A stretch of 63,849 bases of DNA, the filler included, from Rhabdomonas costata (Eukaryota): the NCBI GenBank assembly GCA_019059605.1. It is 45 parts of 45 records of this genome, joined end to end, with 100 filler letters (N's around TTAATTAATTAA, not from the genome) between each part and the next. Parts side by side here need not be neighbours in the genome. Positions count along the whole stretch, not along the records: positions 61,108 to 62,428 come from JAHMHO010019505.1; positions 62,529 to 63,849 come from JAHMHO010019506.1; 43 more parts are not named here. One strand, written 5' to 3'. Both the position numbers and the translations under genes were made by a program. Positions 62,292-63,849 of the stretch are shown here, piece by piece. The notes beneath the pieces are model-generated. The model was not told the DNA's origin. It made no database searches and saw only the letters and a list, made by a program, of their open reading frames with translations. Numbering within the stretch: the stretch's first letter is position 1; each line of letters starts with the position of its first letter.

Positions 62292-63849
62292 GCATACACA
62301 GATACACATATCTTCACAGATATCATGCTTTCCGTTTTCTCTTGCGGTATTTTTTTACCCTCGAAGCTTGCATGTCCCTGTGCCAAATGCAGGGACACGA
62401 TGCCACCAAAAGGATCACGACTGTGCGANNNNNNNNNNNNNNNNNNNNNNNNNNNNNNNNNNNNNNNNNNNNTTAATTAATTAANNNNNNNNNNNNNNNN
62501 NNNNNNNNNNNNNNNNNNNNNNNNNNNNCCCTGTCCTTGAACATGAATGAGCACTGTTGGTGGGGTCCCAGTGCGATTGTATGCTCTTCTCTGAATCCGG
62601 GTTTGTCAATGAAGATCGGTTCTGAGAGTCGGAATTTTTTGTGGATTGACAACCTTTATTTCTTCTTAGCAATGTCAAGCATGAGTCGTTTTGGTGGAAT
62701 GACAGCGTTTTTGAGAGTCCCTCGAACTTTTGAACTGCTGATTTCGAACTGCCGAGTTTTTGTCCTCAAAAGCCTAAAAACCCAGGAATCTGCCCACCGT
62801 CCAGAGTTTTTGGTGAGGCCATTGGTGTCTGGATTTCGTGATTTGGCATCAATCCTGGATGCCTGTCTTCGTCACTTTGATTGCTGCTTTTCTAGGTCGA
62901 GGACTTGCGGGTGCGGCTGAAGAGGGCTTCCCCTCTCAGGTTTATCTGCTGGTGATTGACACCTCCCCCCCCCCTCCGCCACAGGGAGGATATGTCCTAC
63001 ACACGCTTTTGCTTATTTCTTCAGTGAGGTTTTTCTTTAGTGAGGTTTTTGCTGTGGATGTTTTTTTTAGGAACCCAAGGACCGGCCACGCAGCGTTTTG
63101 GACCGTATGCTGCCTATACAGAAGACCCCAGACCTGCTTCGGCCGGGACTCACCTGTGTCAATTGATTATTAATTGGGTTACTCTTTTGCTGCCTTTTTC
63201 CCCAAAGCCGACGGATGAGCAGTGCTCTACCTCTGGGACCCAGCTCCACCCTCTGGCCATCGCTGGAGGAATTGCTCCGCACGGCTCTCCGCAGCCGGAG
63301 CCCTCTCAAGAGCCAGCGGTAGGCTCTTCTGAAGTCTCCAGCGAGGTCTTCACCTGTTCCTCCAGAGGCTTGCTCGGAAAGGAGAATGGTGGAGTCCTTT
63401 ATAGGTTTCGGTGGGAGGTTTTGGAGGTGGCCATCGCAATGGGGCAGTCGGTTGCACCTCTGTTAGTGACCGAAAATAATCGCGAGCCAGCCACCCGGTT
63501 GGCTGGACATCTTCTTAGCCCGGGTGCGTTCGTTAAGGAAAATTCTAATATTTAAATTCTACCCATTCCCCGACCCGTCCTACGGGTTGGCTATACCATA
63601 AGGGCATGGCCCAAATTAAATGAAAAAAAAAGGGGGAAAAAAGCCTTGAAAAATTTGCCTGACCCTCTTGAGAGGTGCTAATAGAGCCTTGGTGGCCAAG
63701 TCTCTTCTTCTGCTAAACCTTGGTGAGCATCGCCTTGATCTGATGAAAAAGATAAGGGATGAAACATACCCTCCCGAGAAATCCTACACCAATCCTACAC
63801 CATAGTGACACCTGACTGTATCCTGCGAAACTAAACTTGAACCCCAACC

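Overview
This window is not one locus. It is a concatenation of about 45 unrelated contigs of about 1.32 kb, each joined by a 100-bp artificial linker (N44-TTAATTAATTAA-N44, stop codons in all six frames), so nothing can be inferred from adjacency across linkers. The DNA is eukaryotic, GC-rich and intron-dense. Donors are mostly GTnnG (often GTGYG), there is at least one GC donor, and polypyrimidine-AG sites lie just upstream of start codons. These traits suggest a euglenozoan, probably a euglenid (inference). Most contig ends are G/T-only at 5' and A/C-only at 3', the signature of whole-genome amplification with K-degenerate primers. Recognisable exon fragments: delta-12 fatty acid desaturase, HSP60, ammonium transporter, bestrophin, NAD(P)HX epimerase, GH47 mannosidase, zinc-dependent polyol dehydrogenase, class III nucleotidyl cyclase, voltage-gated channel, thioredoxin, RING, SPRY (two), ARID, BPI/LBP-like, SIR2-like and bacterial Ig-like repeats. 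Most worth following up: a head-to-tail tandem bestrophin polypeptide; an ARID exon enclosed by about 460-bp diverged inverted repeats; a defence-type SIR2-like domain; an intron-containing bacterial adhesin-like repeat gene; and three compositionally distinct contigs that may be organellar, one with a possible nad4-like pre-edited frame. All protein calls come from motif recognition by eye, not database searches.
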